DNA from: Anaeromyxobacteraceae bacterium
GTDB lineage: Bacteria > Myxococcota > Myxococcia > Myxococcales > Anaeromyxobacteraceae
Assembly: GCA_032654565.1 (NCBI GenBank)
Contig: JAULAX010000018.1
Span: 454,415-518,414 of the forward strand
DNA: 64,000 bases
Direction: 5' to 3'
The notes under the pieces are model-generated. The model did not search any database and was not told the origin of the DNA. It was given only the letters and a program-made list of their open reading frames with translations. Within the stretch, counting starts at the first letter, position 1; every line of letters starts with the position of its first letter. A program made the position numbers and the translations under genes. This document shows, one piece after another, positions 1 to 10,412 of the stretch.

Positions 1-182
1 GGCTGCGGCCGCCCCGGGTGGCCCTCGGGGCCGGCGAGCACCGCCGCCTGCGCGTGGTCGCCGAGGCGCACGGGCCGGCGGGCCGCAGCGACGCCACCTT
101 CACCGCCACCGTGGAGGGCGCCGGCGGGCCGGGCCAGATGCGGACCAGCCGCGCCTTCCTCCTCGTCCCGGAGTCGCCATGA
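1..182 (+). CDS. 3' end of probable CcoG/FixG-family protein (partial)
   Basis: Open frame from base 3 (LRPPRVALGAGEHRRLRVV...FLLVPESP*); its TGA overlaps the next ATG (ATGA). Identity inferred only from position upstream of fixH/ccoI/ccoS. Confidence 0.55.
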   Translation, partial: LRPPRVALGAGEHRRLRVVAEAHGPAGRSDATFTATVEGAGGPGQMRTSRAFLLVPESP

Positions 183-985
183 AGCCGCTCATCGCCCTCG
201 CCGCCGTCGCCGCCCTCGGCGCCGTGGCCGCCACCGTGGCCATCGGGATCCAGCTCAAGGAGCAGACGGTGGTGAGCGACCCCTACGAGCACGGGCTCCG
301 CTACGACCACGACCGGGCCGTCCGCTCCCGGCTCGGCTGGCAGGCCCGCTTCGAGGCGGCCGACCTGAGGCCGGGCGGCGCCGAGCTCCGCTTCGCGCTG
401 GTGGACAAGGCCGGCGCGCCGGTCGAGGGGGCCGAGGTGAAGGTGGCGGTGACCCGGCCGGCCAGCCCGGGCGACGAGCGGCAGGGGAGCGCCCGGGCCC
501 TGGGCGGCGGCCGCTACCTGGCCCCGGTCGGGTTCGCCGCGCCCGGCTTCTGGGATGTCCGGCTCGACGCCACCCGCGCCGGCGACGCCGTCGGCCTGAC
601 CCAGCAGGTGCGGATCGAGGCCGGCGAGGGGGCCCCCTGCGACCTGGCGGCGGCCCCCTGCCGGGCGTCGGCCGGCGGGCTGCAGCTGACGCTCGACCTG
701 GGGCGCACGCTCGCCACCATGAAGGACCTCCCCGTCACGGTGACCGTCACCCGCGGGGGCGCGCCGCTCGACGGCGTGGCCGTGGAGGTGAGCTTCGCCA
801 TGAAGGAGATGAACATGGGCGAGAACCGGGTCAGGCTGGCCGCGGCCGGCCCGGGCCGCCACACCGGCGTCGCCGTGCTGGTCCGCTGCCACAGCGGGCG
901 AAGGGACTGGATCGCCACCGTCACCGTCCGCCCTGCCGGCGGCGCGCCGGTCTCGGCGGCCTTCCCCTTCCAGGTGCCTGGGTGA
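179..985 (+). CDS. fixH: FixH/YtkA-like cbb3 oxidase maturation protein
   Basis: N-terminal TM, DPYEHGLRYD motif, two YtkA-like Ig repeats (FAAPGFWDV; FAMKEMNMGEN), cco operon context. Confidence 0.75.
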   Translation: MKPLIALAAVAALGAVAATVAIGIQLKEQTVVSDPYEHGLRYDHDRAVRSRLGWQARFEAADLRPGGAELRFALVDKAGAPVEGAEVKVAVTRPASPGDERQGSARALGGGRYLAPVGFAAPGFWDVRLDATRAGDAVGLTQQVRIEAGEGAPCDLAAAPCRASAGGLQLTLDLGRTLATMKDLPVTVTVTRGGAPLDGVAVEVSFAMKEMNMGENRVRLAAAGPGRHTGVAVLVRCHSGRRDWIATVTVRPAGGAPVSAAFPFQVPG

Positions 986-1725
986 GCGCCGAGGCCGCCA
1001 CCAGCCTGGCGGCGCAGGTCGGGGCCAGCGCGGCCACCGGCCTGCTGATGGGGTTCTCGCACTGCCTCGGCATGTGCGGACCGCTGGTGGCGTCGTTCGG
1101 GCTCTCCGCCGGGCCGGGGCCGGCGGCGACCTCCGCGGGCTCGCCGCCGGCGTCGTCCGGGACCGGTTCGGTGCTGCGGGCGGCCGCGGCGCAGCTCCCC
1201 TACCACCTCGGGCGCGTCACCACCTACGCCGCCATCGGCGCCGTCATGGGTGCCACCGGGGCCTTCGTCAACGTGGCCGGGCGGCTGGCCGGGGTGGGCG
1301 AGGTGGTGGCGCTGCTGGCCGGGGCGCTCATGGTGGCGCTGGGGCTGGGCGCCGCCGGCGTCACCGGGCCGCTGCGCCGGCTCGAGGCCGACGCCTCCGG
1401 CCGGGTCCTGCGGTGGCTCCGGCCGCTGCTGCAGGGCGGGCCGTCGCGCCTCTACCCGCTCGGCCTGGCGCTCGGCTTCCTGCCCTGCGGCGTCTCCTGG
1501 ACCATCTTCCTCGGCTCGGCCGCCTCGGGGGGACCTGTCCCGGGGCTGCTGATGGCGCTGGCCTTCGGGCTGGCCACCGTGCCCGGGCTGCTGCTGCCGG
1601 CCCTGCTCGGCGCCGTCATCGGCCAGCGCGCCCGCGCCTCGCTGCGCCGCGCCGGCGGGCTGGTGGTGGCGGCGCTGGGCGTCCTCTTCATCCTGCGAGG
1701 CCTGGGCGTCCATGTCCCGCTGTGA
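982..1725 (+). CDS. DsbD_2/TauE-SafE-like membrane protein of the cbb3 assembly cluster
   Basis: HCLGMCGPL and GFLPCG motifs, YHLGRVTTY, multiple TM segments; GTG start overlaps the upstream stop. Confidence 0.85.
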   Translation: MSAEAATSLAAQVGASAATGLLMGFSHCLGMCGPLVASFGLSAGPGPAATSAGSPPASSGTGSVLRAAAAQLPYHLGRVTTYAAIGAVMGATGAFVNVAGRLAGVGEVVALLAGALMVALGLGAAGVTGPLRRLEADASGRVLRWLRPLLQGGPSRLYPLGLALGFLPCGVSWTIFLGSAASGGPVPGLLMALAFGLATVPGLLLPALLGAVIGQRARASLRRAGGLVVAALGVLFILRGLGVHVPL

Positions 1726-4216
1726 TCACTGCCTGGCCGCCTTCCCCGACGCGGAGGCGGTGCGGGAGCGCGACGGGGCGGCGGAGCGGATCTTCTGCTG
1801 CGCCGGCTGCCGCGGCGTCTGGCGGCTGGTCAGGGAGGAGGGGCTGGGGCGCTTCTACGACGAGCGGCGCTGGGAGGCCGACGGCCTGCCCGCCGCGGTC
1901 CGGCCCGGCGGCGCCCCGCCCGCCGACCTGACCGCCTACCGGCCGGTGCCGGCGGCCGACGGCAGCGTCGAGGTCGACGTGGCCATCGAGGGGATCCGCT
2001 GCGCCTCCTGCGTCTGGCTCAACGAGCGGGTGCTGCAGCGCACCCCCGGGGTGCTGGCGGCGCGGGTCAACTACGCCACCCACCGGGCCCGCGTCCGCTA
2101 CCTCCCGGCCACCGTGGCGCTGCCGGCGGTGCTGGCGCGCGTCCAGGCCGCCGGCTACCTGCCGCGCCCCTGGGTGGAGTCGGAGCAGGCCAGGGCCCGC
2201 GACGAGGAGGTGCGCGACCTGCTGATCCGCGTCGGCACCGCCTGGTTCCTGGCCTCGCAGCTGATGATCTACTCGGCGGCGCTCTACGCCGGCTACTTCC
2301 AGGGGATGGACCGGGCCACCCGCTCGCTGCTGGAGTGGATCTCCATCGCCCTGGCCGCCCCGGTGCTCTTCTCCGCCGGCGCCCCGTTCTGGCGTTCGGC
2401 GCTGGCGGCCCTGCGCCACGGCCGCTTCAACATGGACTCGCTGGTGGTGCTCGGCTCGGGGTCGGCGCTGGCCTACTCGGCCTGGCAGGCGCTGCGCGGC
2501 GGCGAGGTCTGGAGCGACACCGCCGCCATGATCCCGACGCTGGTGCTGACCGGCCGCTACGTCGAGGCCCGGGCCCGCCGCACCGCCTCGGAGGCGGTGG
2601 CGCGGCTGGCTTCCTTGCGGCCGCGGGAGGCCTCGCTCGTCACCCGGGGTGAAGATGGCGTCACCAGCTGCCGGCGGGTCCCGGTGGAGCAGGTGCGGGT
2701 GGGGGACCGGCTGGAGGTGGCGCCGGGGGAGCGGATCGCGCTCGACGGCCGGGTGCTGGAGGGGCGCTCCGAGGCCGACGAGGCGCTGGTCACCGGCGAG
2801 TCGCGGCCGGTGGCGAAGTTCGCGGGGGAGCCGGTCATCGGCGGGACCATCAACCTGGCCGGGGCGCTCACCGTCGAGGTCACCCGGGTCGGCGCCGACA
2901 CGCTGCTGGCCGGGATCATCCGCGCCGTCGACGAGGCGCAGGGGGCGAAGCCGAGGCTGCAGGCGCTGGCCGACCGGGCGGTGGGGGTCTTCGTGCCGCT
3001 GGTGCTGCTGCTGGGGGTGGCCACCCTGGCCGGCCACCTCTGGTCGGGGGCGCCGCCGGAGCGGGCGCTGCTCTCCGCCATCGCCGTGGTGGTGATCGCC
3101 TGTCCCTGCGCGCTGGGGCTGGCCACGCCGGTGGCGGTGCTGCTGGCCACCGGGCTGGCCACGGCGCGCGGCCTGCTGGTGAAGGGGGGCGACGCGCTGG
3201 AGGCGGCCGGGCGGGCCACCGAGGTGGTGCTCGACAAGACCGGGACGGTGACCCGGGGGCGGCCGGCGCTGCGGCGGCTGGTGGCGCTCGAGGGGGGCGA
3301 CGAGGCGGCGCTGCTGCGGCTGGCGGCGGCGGTGGAGCGGCGCAGCGAGCACCACGTCGGCCGGGCGGTGGTCGAGGCGGCCCGGGCCCTGCCGGCGGCG
3401 GTCGAGCCGCGGGTCGAGGCGCTCCGGGTGGTGCCGGGGCGCGGGGTGGGGGCGCTGGTCGACGGCGCCGCGGTGCTGGTGGGCAGCCGCGCCTTCCTGG
3501 GGGAGGAGGGCGTTCCGGCCGGCGAGGCGGCGGCGCTGGCGGCTGGGCCGGAAGGGGAGGGCGACACCGTCGCCTGGCTGGCGCGGGGCGGGCGGGCGGT
3601 GGCCCTGCTGGTGGTGGCCGATCCCATCCGCGACGAGGCCCCGGCGGCGCTGGCGGCGCTGGCCGCGCTCGGCCTGCGCGTCACCCTGGTGAGCGGCGAC
3701 GCCCGCGCCACCACCGCGGCGGTGGCGGCCCGGCTCGGGCTTCCCTTCGAGGCGGAGCGGACGCCGCAGGAGAAGCGGTCCTTCGTGGCGGCCCGCCAGG
3801 CGGCCGGCGCCCGGGTGCTCATGGTGGGCGACGGCATCAACGACGCCCCGGCGCTCACCCAGGCCGACGCCGGGGTGGCCATGGGGCGCGGCACCGACGT
3901 GACCATGGAGAGCGCCGACGCCGTGCTGGTGCGCGACGACCTGACGCTGCTGCCCGACCTGGTCCAGCTGGGGCGACGCGCCACCGGCATCATCAAGCAG
4001 AACGTCTTCTGGGCCTTCTTCTACAACGTGGTGGCCATCCCGCTGGCGGTGGCCGGCGTGCTCCACCCCATCGTCGGGGCGGCCGCCATGGCGGCGTCGA
4101 GCGCCTTCGTGGTCACCAACTCGCTGCGGCTGCGCCGGACCTTCGCGCCGCGCCCGGCGATGGCCGTGGCGGCGGGCGGGTCGGTCGGCCCGCGCGCCGT
4201 CGGGAGTGCGCCGTGA
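1712..4216 (+). CDS. ccoI: P1B-type copper-translocating ATPase CcoI/FixI
   Basis: N-terminal CDHC...FCCAGC, HMA CASC, TGES, CPC, DKTGT, SEHH, GDGINDAP, YN motifs. Confidence 0.93.
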   Translation: MSRCDHCLAAFPDAEAVRERDGAAERIFCCAGCRGVWRLVREEGLGRFYDERRWEADGLPAAVRPGGAPPADLTAYRPVPAADGSVEVDVAIEGIRCASCVWLNERVLQRTPGVLAARVNYATHRARVRYLPATVALPAVLARVQAAGYLPRPWVESEQARARDEEVRDLLIRVGTAWFLASQLMIYSAALYAGYFQGMDRATRSLLEWISIALAAPVLFSAGAPFWRSALAALRHGRFNMDSLVVLGSGSALAYSAWQALRGGEVWSDTAAMIPTLVLTGRYVEARARRTASEAVARLASLRPREASLVTRGEDGVTSCRRVPVEQVRVGDRLEVAPGERIALDGRVLEGRSEADEALVTGESRPVAKFAGEPVIGGTINLAGALTVEVTRVGADTLLAGIIRAVDEAQGAKPRLQALADRAVGVFVPLVLLLGVATLAGHLWSGAPPERALLSAIAVVVIACPCALGLATPVAVLLATGLATARGLLVKGGDALEAAGRATEVVLDKTGTVTRGRPALRRLVALEGGDEAALLRLAAAVERRSEHHVGRAVVEAARALPAAVEPRVEALRVVPGRGVGALVDGAAVLVGSRAFLGEEGVPAGEAAALAAGPEGEGDTVAWLARGGRAVALLVVADPIRDEAPAALAALAALGLRVTLVSGDARATTAAVAARLGLPFEAERTPQEKRSFVAARQAAGARVLMVGDGINDAPALTQADAGVAMGRGTDVTMESADAVLVRDDLTLLPDLVQLGRRATGIIKQNVFWAFFYNVVAIPLAVAGVLHPIVGAAAMAASSAFVVTNSLRLRRTFAPRPAMAVAAGGSVGPRAVGSAP

Positions 4217-4395
4217 TCCTGACCGGGCTCATCCTCCTCTCCCTGGCGCTCGGCCTGGCCGCCTGGCTCGGCTTCGTCTGGTCGGTGAAGAGCGGCCAGT
4301 ACGACGATCCGGAGGGGCCGAAGTACCGGATGCTGGACGAGGAGGAGGAGGAGGGGCTGCGGAAGCCGGGGCCGCCCGAGCCGCCGAGGGTGTGA
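4213..4395 (+). CDS. ccoS: cbb3-type oxidase maturation protein CcoS/FixS
   Basis: 60 aa, TM then FVWSVKSGQYDDPEGPKYRML; overlaps the ccoI stop. Confidence 0.9.
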   Translation: MILTGLILLSLALGLAAWLGFVWSVKSGQYDDPEGPKYRMLDEEEEEGLRKPGPPEPPRV

Positions 4396-4565
4396 GCGTG
4401 GGGCGGGCGGTGCCGTGCCGGGCTGTCCTATCGTTGGGCTGCCCGATCATTGGGCTGTGAGATCGGTGGGCTCGCGCCGGGAAGCGGTGCCGTCTGTGCG
4501 GCGAAAGGCGTAGCGAGGGGCCGCGTGGGCGGGCGGCGCCCCGCGGGCGGTCGGAGTCGGCGGAC

Positions 4566-4814
4566 CTCGGACGTACCGAGAGTTCGTTCTGACGTCAGAA
4601 CCGACTCAGCGTCCGCGTCGGCCGGTTCAGTCAACTGAACCGGGAATGACCCATCCCGGTCGGGGCCTCGGTGCCGGACATCAGCGGACTGAGAGTCCGG
4701 TTCGTGCGCACGAACTCGTACTGACCCGCCCCGCACGGAGTCCCTCCAACGCAACTTCGGACGTCAGAACTCGCGAAAGAGGGGCCAGGTTCGGGGCCCT
4801 CGGTCCTGACCGAG
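4566..4814. repeat. Cluster of short palindromes, several of the form GTTC-N8-GAAC
   Basis: GTTCTGACGTCAGAAC 4586-4601, GTTCAGTCAACTGAAC 4625-4640, GTTCGTGCGCACGAAC 4700-4715, CTTCGGACGTCAGAAC 4755-4770; CTCGG..CCGAG at 4566-4580 and 4799-4814. Confidence 0.7.
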
Positions 4815-4876
4815 AGTAGTTCGAGGGCGGAAGGAGCGTCCGCGCGGCGGACCCCGCCAGCGAGCGTGCCGCGCCG

Positions 4877-5416
4877 TCAGCTCCGGGCCGACGCGGTCCT
4901 GCGTCGCGCCGTCCAGGCAGCCAGGCCGACCACCGCGGCCGGCAGCCAGACCCAGAGCAACTCGGAGCCGAGCACGGCCAACCCCCGCGACGTGAGGAAC
5001 GCCCGCGGTGAGAGCGGCGAGACCCGGATCACCTGCACCGGCGCGAAGAATCGCTCCGCGCTCCAGGGCCAGAGCAGCGCCACGCCGAGCCCACCGGTGG
5101 TGACCATGTCGAGCAGCCCGTGGGAGGCGCTGGCCACGAAGAGGAACCAGAGCGAGGTGCCGACCGGCACCCGCCACCGCCTCAGCGCCAGGGCCCCGAG
5201 CAGCGCCACCACCACTGCGAACGTGAGCGAGTGGCTCATCCCGCGATGGCCGAGCTGATCGGCGTAGGAGATGCCGAAGCGGAAGGCGACCACGTCGAGG
5301 TCGGGGAGGATGGAGGCGGCGACGCCGGCCACCAGCAGCGGCCGGGGGACCACCGCTCGCCCGAGCCCGAGGCCGAGCGCGATCGGGACGGCCGGGTGGG
5401 AGAGGAGGGTGGGCAT
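4877..5416 (-). CDS. YdjM-family metal-dependent membrane hydrolase
   Basis: SH, LPDLD, HRGMSHS, SHGLLD and LLWP motifs. Confidence 0.88.
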   Translation of the reverse strand: MPTLLSHPAVPIALGLGLGRAVVPRPLLVAGVAASILPDLDVVAFRFGISYADQLGHRGMSHSLTFAVVVALLGALALRRWRVPVGTSLWFLFVASASHGLLDMVTTGGLGVALLWPWSAERFFAPVQVIRVSPLSPRAFLTSRGLAVLGSELLWVWLPAAVVGLAAWTARRRTASARS

Positions 5417-5594
5417 GGAGGAAATCTAGAGCTTCGCCAAGCGATCGCAAGTCAAGGCATCGGGACGGGCGATGTCTCTGCCCTCGGTCAGGACTGCTCG
5501 ATCTTCCGAAGCCCAGTCCAAACGTCTGGGCTCGCCTCCATCGGTCGCCAGTCCCGACGACGGGGAATCCCAGTCACTCGCGGTAGGATGTCGA

Positions 5595-6191
5595 ATGCTC
5601 CCCAGCATCCTGCTCCCGCTGCTCCTCGCCGCGACGATGCTGCCATCGCTCCGCGACGGCGACATCGTCTTCCAGACCTCGGCCTCGTCGCAGAGCGCCG
5701 CCATCCAGAAGGCGACCCGGTCCCCGTGGAGCCACATGGGAATCGTCTTCTTCCGCGAAGGTGCGCCGTTCGTCTACGAGGCGGTCGAACCGGTCAAGGC
5801 CACCCCGCTGGGCAAGTGGGTGGCGCGTGGGGTGGGAGGGCGGGTGGTGGTCAAACGGCTGAAGGATGCCGCCGCGGTGCTGACGCCGGAGGCGCTGCGA
5901 TCGTTGCGCCGCGAGACTGAACGGATGATTGGCCGCCACTACGACCTCGCCTTCGGCTGGTCGGACGACCGGATCTACTGCTCGGAGCTGGTCTGGAAGG
6001 CCTACGAGCGGGCGGTCGGCCGGCGGATCGGAGGCCTGCAGCGCCTGCGCGACTTCGATCTCCAGGAGCCGCTGGTCAAGCGAAGCCTCAAGGAGCGGTA
6101 TGGCGCGAGCCTGCCGCTGGATGAGCCGGTCATCTCCCCCGGGGCGATGTTCGACTCGGATGAGCTGGTGACGGTCGAGCCGGGGCACTGA
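5595..6191 (+). CDS. YiiX/YebB-like permuted papain-like (NlpC/P60) enzyme
   Basis: Signal peptide, [34 protein letters not shown]; start taken at ATG 5595. Confidence 0.88.
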   Translation: MLPSILLPLLLAATMLPSLRDGDIVFQTSASSQSAAIQKATRSPWSHMGIVFFREGAPFVYEAVEPVKATPLGKWVARGVGGRVVVKRLKDAAAVLTPEALRSLRRETERMIGRHYDLAFGWSDDRIYCSELVWKAYERAVGRRIGGLQRLRDFDLQEPLVKRSLKERYGASLPLDEPVISPGAMFDSDELVTVEPGH

Positions 6192-6415
6192 CCGAGGCGA
6201 CTCGGCCGCTCCGCCGCCCGCGCACGCCCTCCCTTTTCCCCCGCCGTGCCGCGCCCTTGCGGCCGCGGAATTTGTGGACCGCACCGGTCCCCGTAAGCGC
6301 GGAATCTCAGGCCTCTTTTCCCCTCGGCTGCGACCGTCGAGCGGCTGACACCCACCCCCCCGGCGTGCTATCTCATTCGCCCCACCGACCTACCACCAGA
6401 CCCTTGGAGGACCAC

Positions 6416-8986
6416 GTGATCGAGGCCTACCTGAAGCACGAGGCGGAGCGGAAGGAACAGGGCATCCCGCCCAAGGCGCTCGACCCCGAGCAGACCCGCG
6501 CCCTCGTGAAGCTGCTGGTCAAGCCGCCCAAGGGCCAGGAGCAGTTCCTCCTCGACCTGCTGGTCAACCGGGTCTCCCCCGGCGTCGACCCGGCCGCCGA
6601 GGTCAAGGCCGGCTTCCTCGCCGAGATCGTCAAGGGCAAGGTCTCCTGCAAGCAGATCGACAAGCTCAAGGCGGTCGAGCTGCTCGGCACCATGGGCGGT
6701 GGCTACAACGTCCCGCCGCTGGTGGCCGCGCTCAAGGTGAAGCCGCTGGCCGCCGCCGCCGCCACCGCCCTCTCCCGCATCATCTACGTCTACGACGCCT
6801 TCGACGAGGTGCAGGCGCTGGCCAAGGCCAAGAACGCCGAGGCCCGGAAGGTCATCGAGTCCTGGGCCAACGCCGAGTGGTTCACGGCCCGCGCCGGCGT
6901 CCGCCCCACCATCAAGGTCAAGGTCTTCCGCGTCGACGGCGAGATCAACACCGACGACTTCTCGCCGGCCGGCGACGCCGCCACCCGCCCCGACATCCCG
7001 CTCCACGCCCTGGCCATGGGCAAGACCAAGTTCCCCGCTGGCCTCAAGACCATCGCCGGGTACCGCGCCGCCGGCTTCGAGGTGGCCTTCGTCGGCGACG
7101 TGGTCGGCACCGGCTCCTCGCGCAAGTCGGCCTGCAACAGCGTCCAGTGGGCCATCGGCGAGGACATCCCCTACGTCCCCAACAAGCGCAACGGCGGCGT
7201 CATCATCGGCGGCGTCATCGCCCCCATCTTCTTCAACACCGCCCAGGACTCCGGCGCGCTGCCCATCAAGGCCGACGTCTCGAAGCTCAAGATGGGCGAC
7301 GTGGTCACCGTCGACACCGTCAAGGGCGAGGTCCGCAGCGAGGCCGGCGAGGTGCTCTCCACCTTCTCCCTCACCCCCGAGACCATCGGCGACGAGTTCC
7401 GCGCCGGCGGCCGCATCCCGCTCATCATCGGCCGGGCCCTCACCGAGCGCGCCCGCAAGGTGCTCAAGAAGGGGGCCACCGACCTCTTCGTCATCAAGAC
7501 CAACCCGGCCCCGAAGCAGGGGCAGGGCTACACTCAGGGGCAGAAGATGGTCGGCCAGGCCTGCGGCCTGCCCGGGGCGCTGCCCGGCTGGTACGTCGAG
7601 CCGAGGATGACCACCGTCGGCTCGCAGGACACCACCGGGCCGATGACGGCCGACGAGCTCAAGGAGCTGGCCTGCCTGAAGTTCCAGGCGCCCATGGTGA
7701 TGCAGTCCTTCTGCCACACCGCCGCCTACCCCAAGGCGGCCGACGTGGCCATGCACGCCGCCCTGCCCACCTTCATCCAGGCCCGCGGCGGCGTGGCGCT
7801 GCGCCCCGGCGACGGCGTCATCCACTCCTGGCTCAACCGCCTGCTGCTCCCGGACACCGTGGGCACCGGCGGCGACTCGCACACCCGCTTCCCCATCGGC
7901 ATCAGCTTCCCGGCCGGCTCCGGGCTGGTGGCCTTCGGCGCCGCGCTCGGCTTCATGCCGCTGGAGATGCCGGAGTCGGTGCTGGTCCGCTTCAAGGGCA
8001 AGCTCAACCCGGGCATCACGCTCCGTGACGTGGTCAACGCCATCCCGCTGGCCGCCATCAAGTCGGGCGACCTGACCGTGCCCAAGAAGGGGAAGAAGAA
8101 CATCTTCAACGGCACCATCCTGGAGATGGAGGGGCTGCCCGACCTGACCGTGGAGCAGGCCTTCGAGCTGACCGACGCCGCCGCCGAGCGCTCCGCCGCC
8201 GCCGCCTGCGTGGCCCTCTCCCCGAAGACCATCGCCACCTACCTGCGCTCCAACGTGGCCCTGATGCAGAAGATGATCGCCGACGGCTACGGCGACAAGC
8301 AGGCCTTCGAGGGGCGCATCGCCGCCGTGCAGAAGTGGCTCAAGAAGCCGGTGGTGCTCACCGCCGACAAGAGCGCCGAGTACAAGAAGGTCTTCGAGAT
8401 CGACCTGGCCACCATCACCGAGCCCATCCTGGCCTGCCCCAACGACCCGGACGACGTCAAGGTGCTCTCCGAGGTGGCCGGCACCAGGATCGACGACGTC
8501 TTCCTCGGCTCCTGCATGACCAACATCGGCCACTTCCGCGCCGCCGGCGAGATCTGGAAGGGGCAGAAGTTCAACCCGGCCGTCCGCACCTGGCTCTGCC
8601 CGCCCACCCGCATGGACCAGCAGCAGCTCAAGGAGGAGGCCTACTTCACCACCTACAGCGCCATCGGGGCCCGCATCGAGACCGCCGGCTGCTCGCTCTG
8701 CATGGGCAACCAGGCCCGGGTGCCGGACGCGGTGACGGTCTTCTCCACCTCGACCCGCAACTTCGACGACCGCATGGGCGGCGGGGCCAAGGTCTTCCTC
8801 GGCTCGGCGGAGCTGGGCGCGGTGGCCGCCAGCATGGGCAAGCTGCCGACGGTGGCGGAGTACTTCGCCGCCTACAACTCCAAGATCGCGCCCAAGGCCG
8901 ACAAGGTCTACCGCTACCTGCAGTTCGACGAGCTGGCGGAGTACTCAACGGCGCGGCCTTCAGGCCGCGCCACCAAGGTGGCCTGA
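6416..8986 (+). CDS. acnB: Aconitate hydratase B
   Basis: [60 protein letters not shown] before GTG 6416. Confidence 0.97.
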   Translation: MIEAYLKHEAERKEQGIPPKALDPEQTRALVKLLVKPPKGQEQFLLDLLVNRVSPGVDPAAEVKAGFLAEIVKGKVSCKQIDKLKAVELLGTMGGGYNVPPLVAALKVKPLAAAAATALSRIIYVYDAFDEVQALAKAKNAEARKVIESWANAEWFTARAGVRPTIKVKVFRVDGEINTDDFSPAGDAATRPDIPLHALAMGKTKFPAGLKTIAGYRAAGFEVAFVGDVVGTGSSRKSACNSVQWAIGEDIPYVPNKRNGGVIIGGVIAPIFFNTAQDSGALPIKADVSKLKMGDVVTVDTVKGEVRSEAGEVLSTFSLTPETIGDEFRAGGRIPLIIGRALTERARKVLKKGATDLFVIKTNPAPKQGQGYTQGQKMVGQACGLPGALPGWYVEPRMTTVGSQDTTGPMTADELKELACLKFQAPMVMQSFCHTAAYPKAADVAMHAALPTFIQARGGVALRPGDGVIHSWLNRLLLPDTVGTGGDSHTRFPIGISFPAGSGLVAFGAALGFMPLEMPESVLVRFKGKLNPGITLRDVVNAIPLAAIKSGDLTVPKKGKKNIFNGTILEMEGLPDLTVEQAFELTDAAAERSAAAACVALSPKTIATYLRSNVALMQKMIADGYGDKQAFEGRIAAVQKWLKKPVVLTADKSAEYKKVFEIDLATITEPILACPNDPDDVKVLSEVAGTRIDDVFLGSCMTNIGHFRAAGEIWKGQKFNPAVRTWLCPPTRMDQQQLKEEAYFTTYSAIGARIETAGCSLCMGNQARVPDAVTVFSTSTRNFDDRMGGGAKVFLGSAELGAVAASMGKLPTVAEYFAAYNSKIAPKADKVYRYLQFDELAEYSTARPSGRATKVA

Positions 8987-9060
8987 GCACTCGGGTCCCA
9001 GCCCTCCGAGCCTGACCTCCTCTGTCGAGGCCAGGACAAAGGCCCGGCGCCGTGCACATG

Positions 9061-9091
9061 AAGGGCCGCTCCCTCGCGGGGGCGGCCCTTT
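9061..9091. terminator. Intrinsic terminator-like hairpin between convergent acnB and kinase genes
   Basis: AAGGGCCGCTCCC-TCGC-GGGGGCGGCCCTT-T: 13-bp stem with one G-U pair. Confidence 0.65.
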
Positions 9092-9122
9092 CACATTCCA
9101 TCCGGCCGGCCCGGCCGCGCGG

Positions 9123-10289
9123 CTAGTGCCGCAGCGCCCGCGGCAGCCTCACCTCGAAGGCGGTGCCGCCCTCCGGGGTGCTGGTGACGCTGATGGTCCC
9201 GTGCAGGAAGCGCTCGGTGAAGAGCCGGGCGATGAAGGTCCCCTGCCCACGCCCCTCGCCCGGCTTGGTGGTGAAGTAGCGCTGGAAGACGCGGGGCAGC
9301 ACCGATCCCGGGATGGCGGCGGCGTTCCAGACCCGCAGCGCCACGCCCTCGCCGGACGGCTCCACGGTGAGCCGCACCGTGCCGCCCGGCGAGGTGGCCT
9401 CGAAGGCGTTGACCAGCAGGTTGTTGAGGACCCGCTGCAGCAGGTCGGGATCGGTGTCGATGGACGGCACCGCGTCGGCCAGCGAGATCCGCAGGGACTT
9501 CCCGGTGGCGGCCGGGTGGTGGCGGAAGAGCCGCTCGGCCAGGTCGACCACCAGCGGCAGCTCGACCCCCTGGCTGGCGGCGTGGAGGGCCACGGTCCGC
9601 TCGCTGGAGAGGGCCCGCTGCACCTGGAGCTCCCGGACCAGCTGGTCGCTCAGGGTGCGGACGTCGTCGATGGCCACGGCGTGCTCGGGGCGGACCGGGT
9701 CGGGGAGCGCCTGGGCCGCGGCGCTGAGCCCGGTGACCAGGTTGGCGAGGTCGTGGAAGAAGGCCCGCTCCAGCGAGGCCCGGCGCCGCTCGCCGCTGAC
9801 GTCGCGGAAGGTGAGCAGGGTGAGCGGTTCCTCGCCGAGGTCGAGGGGGGCGGCCCGCACCCGCATCTCGAAGCTCAGCACCTCGCCTCCCCGATTCACC
9901 GCCAGCGAGCAGTCGCGCTCCTCGGGGACGGCCCGGGCGCTGGCGGCGACGATGGCCGCCGCCGCCCCGCAGCTGGCGCAGGCCTTGGCGGTGCCGCAGC
10001 CGCCGGGGGCGCTCACGGCGTGGACGCACTGGAGGGTCTCGCCCGGCCGCAGGCCGAGGGCGTCGGACGGGCTGAGGGCGCCGATGGCCTGCAGGTAGGC
10101 GCCGTTGAGCGCGATCACCTGGCGCTGGGCGTTGAGGATGGCCAGCACGCCGCCCCAGTTGCGCAGCAGCGCGTCGACGACGGAGTTGGAGGCGGCGCGC
10201 TCCACCTGGGCGCTGAGCAGGTCGCCGGCGGCCCGCTCGGCGGGCAGGAACCAGGTGGAACGCTTCGCCTGCGTGGAGACGGTGGCCAT
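9123..10289 (-). CDS. Cytoplasmic sensor histidine kinase with Cys-rich PAS-like domain
   Basis: H-box FFHDLAN, N-box NLLVNAFEA, FTTK and GRGQG G-box; N-terminal C-x9-C-x5-C-x2-C. Confidence 0.88.
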   Translation of the reverse strand: MATVSTQAKRSTWFLPAERAAGDLLSAQVERAASNSVVDALLRNWGGVLAILNAQRQVIALNGAYLQAIGALSPSDALGLRPGETLQCVHAVSAPGGCGTAKACASCGAAAAIVAASARAVPEERDCSLAVNRGGEVLSFEMRVRAAPLDLGEEPLTLLTFRDVSGERRRASLERAFFHDLANLVTGLSAAAQALPDPVRPEHAVAIDDVRTLSDQLVRELQVQRALSSERTVALHAASQGVELPLVVDLAERLFRHHPAATGKSLRISLADAVPSIDTDPDLLQRVLNNLLVNAFEATSPGGTVRLTVEPSGEGVALRVWNAAAIPGSVLPRVFQRYFTTKPGEGRGQGTFIARLFTERFLHGTISVTSTPEGGTAFEVRLPRALRH

Positions 10290-10412
10290 GAAGGACTCCC
10301 CCCCCGGGGACGGCGCCGGGACCGCACGACGAAAAAGCCTAGCGCGGAGGGTGGGGGATCCAAAGGGGTGACGCGGGCCCCTCCCGTACAGGGGCCTCCC
10401 GATGGCCGCGAC

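Noticed and set aside
4586..4770. GTTC/GAAC motifs as LexA boxes for the ydjM-like gene
   Set aside because: They lie downstream of that minus-strand gene, and GTTC-N8-GAAC does not match the LexA box geometries I know.
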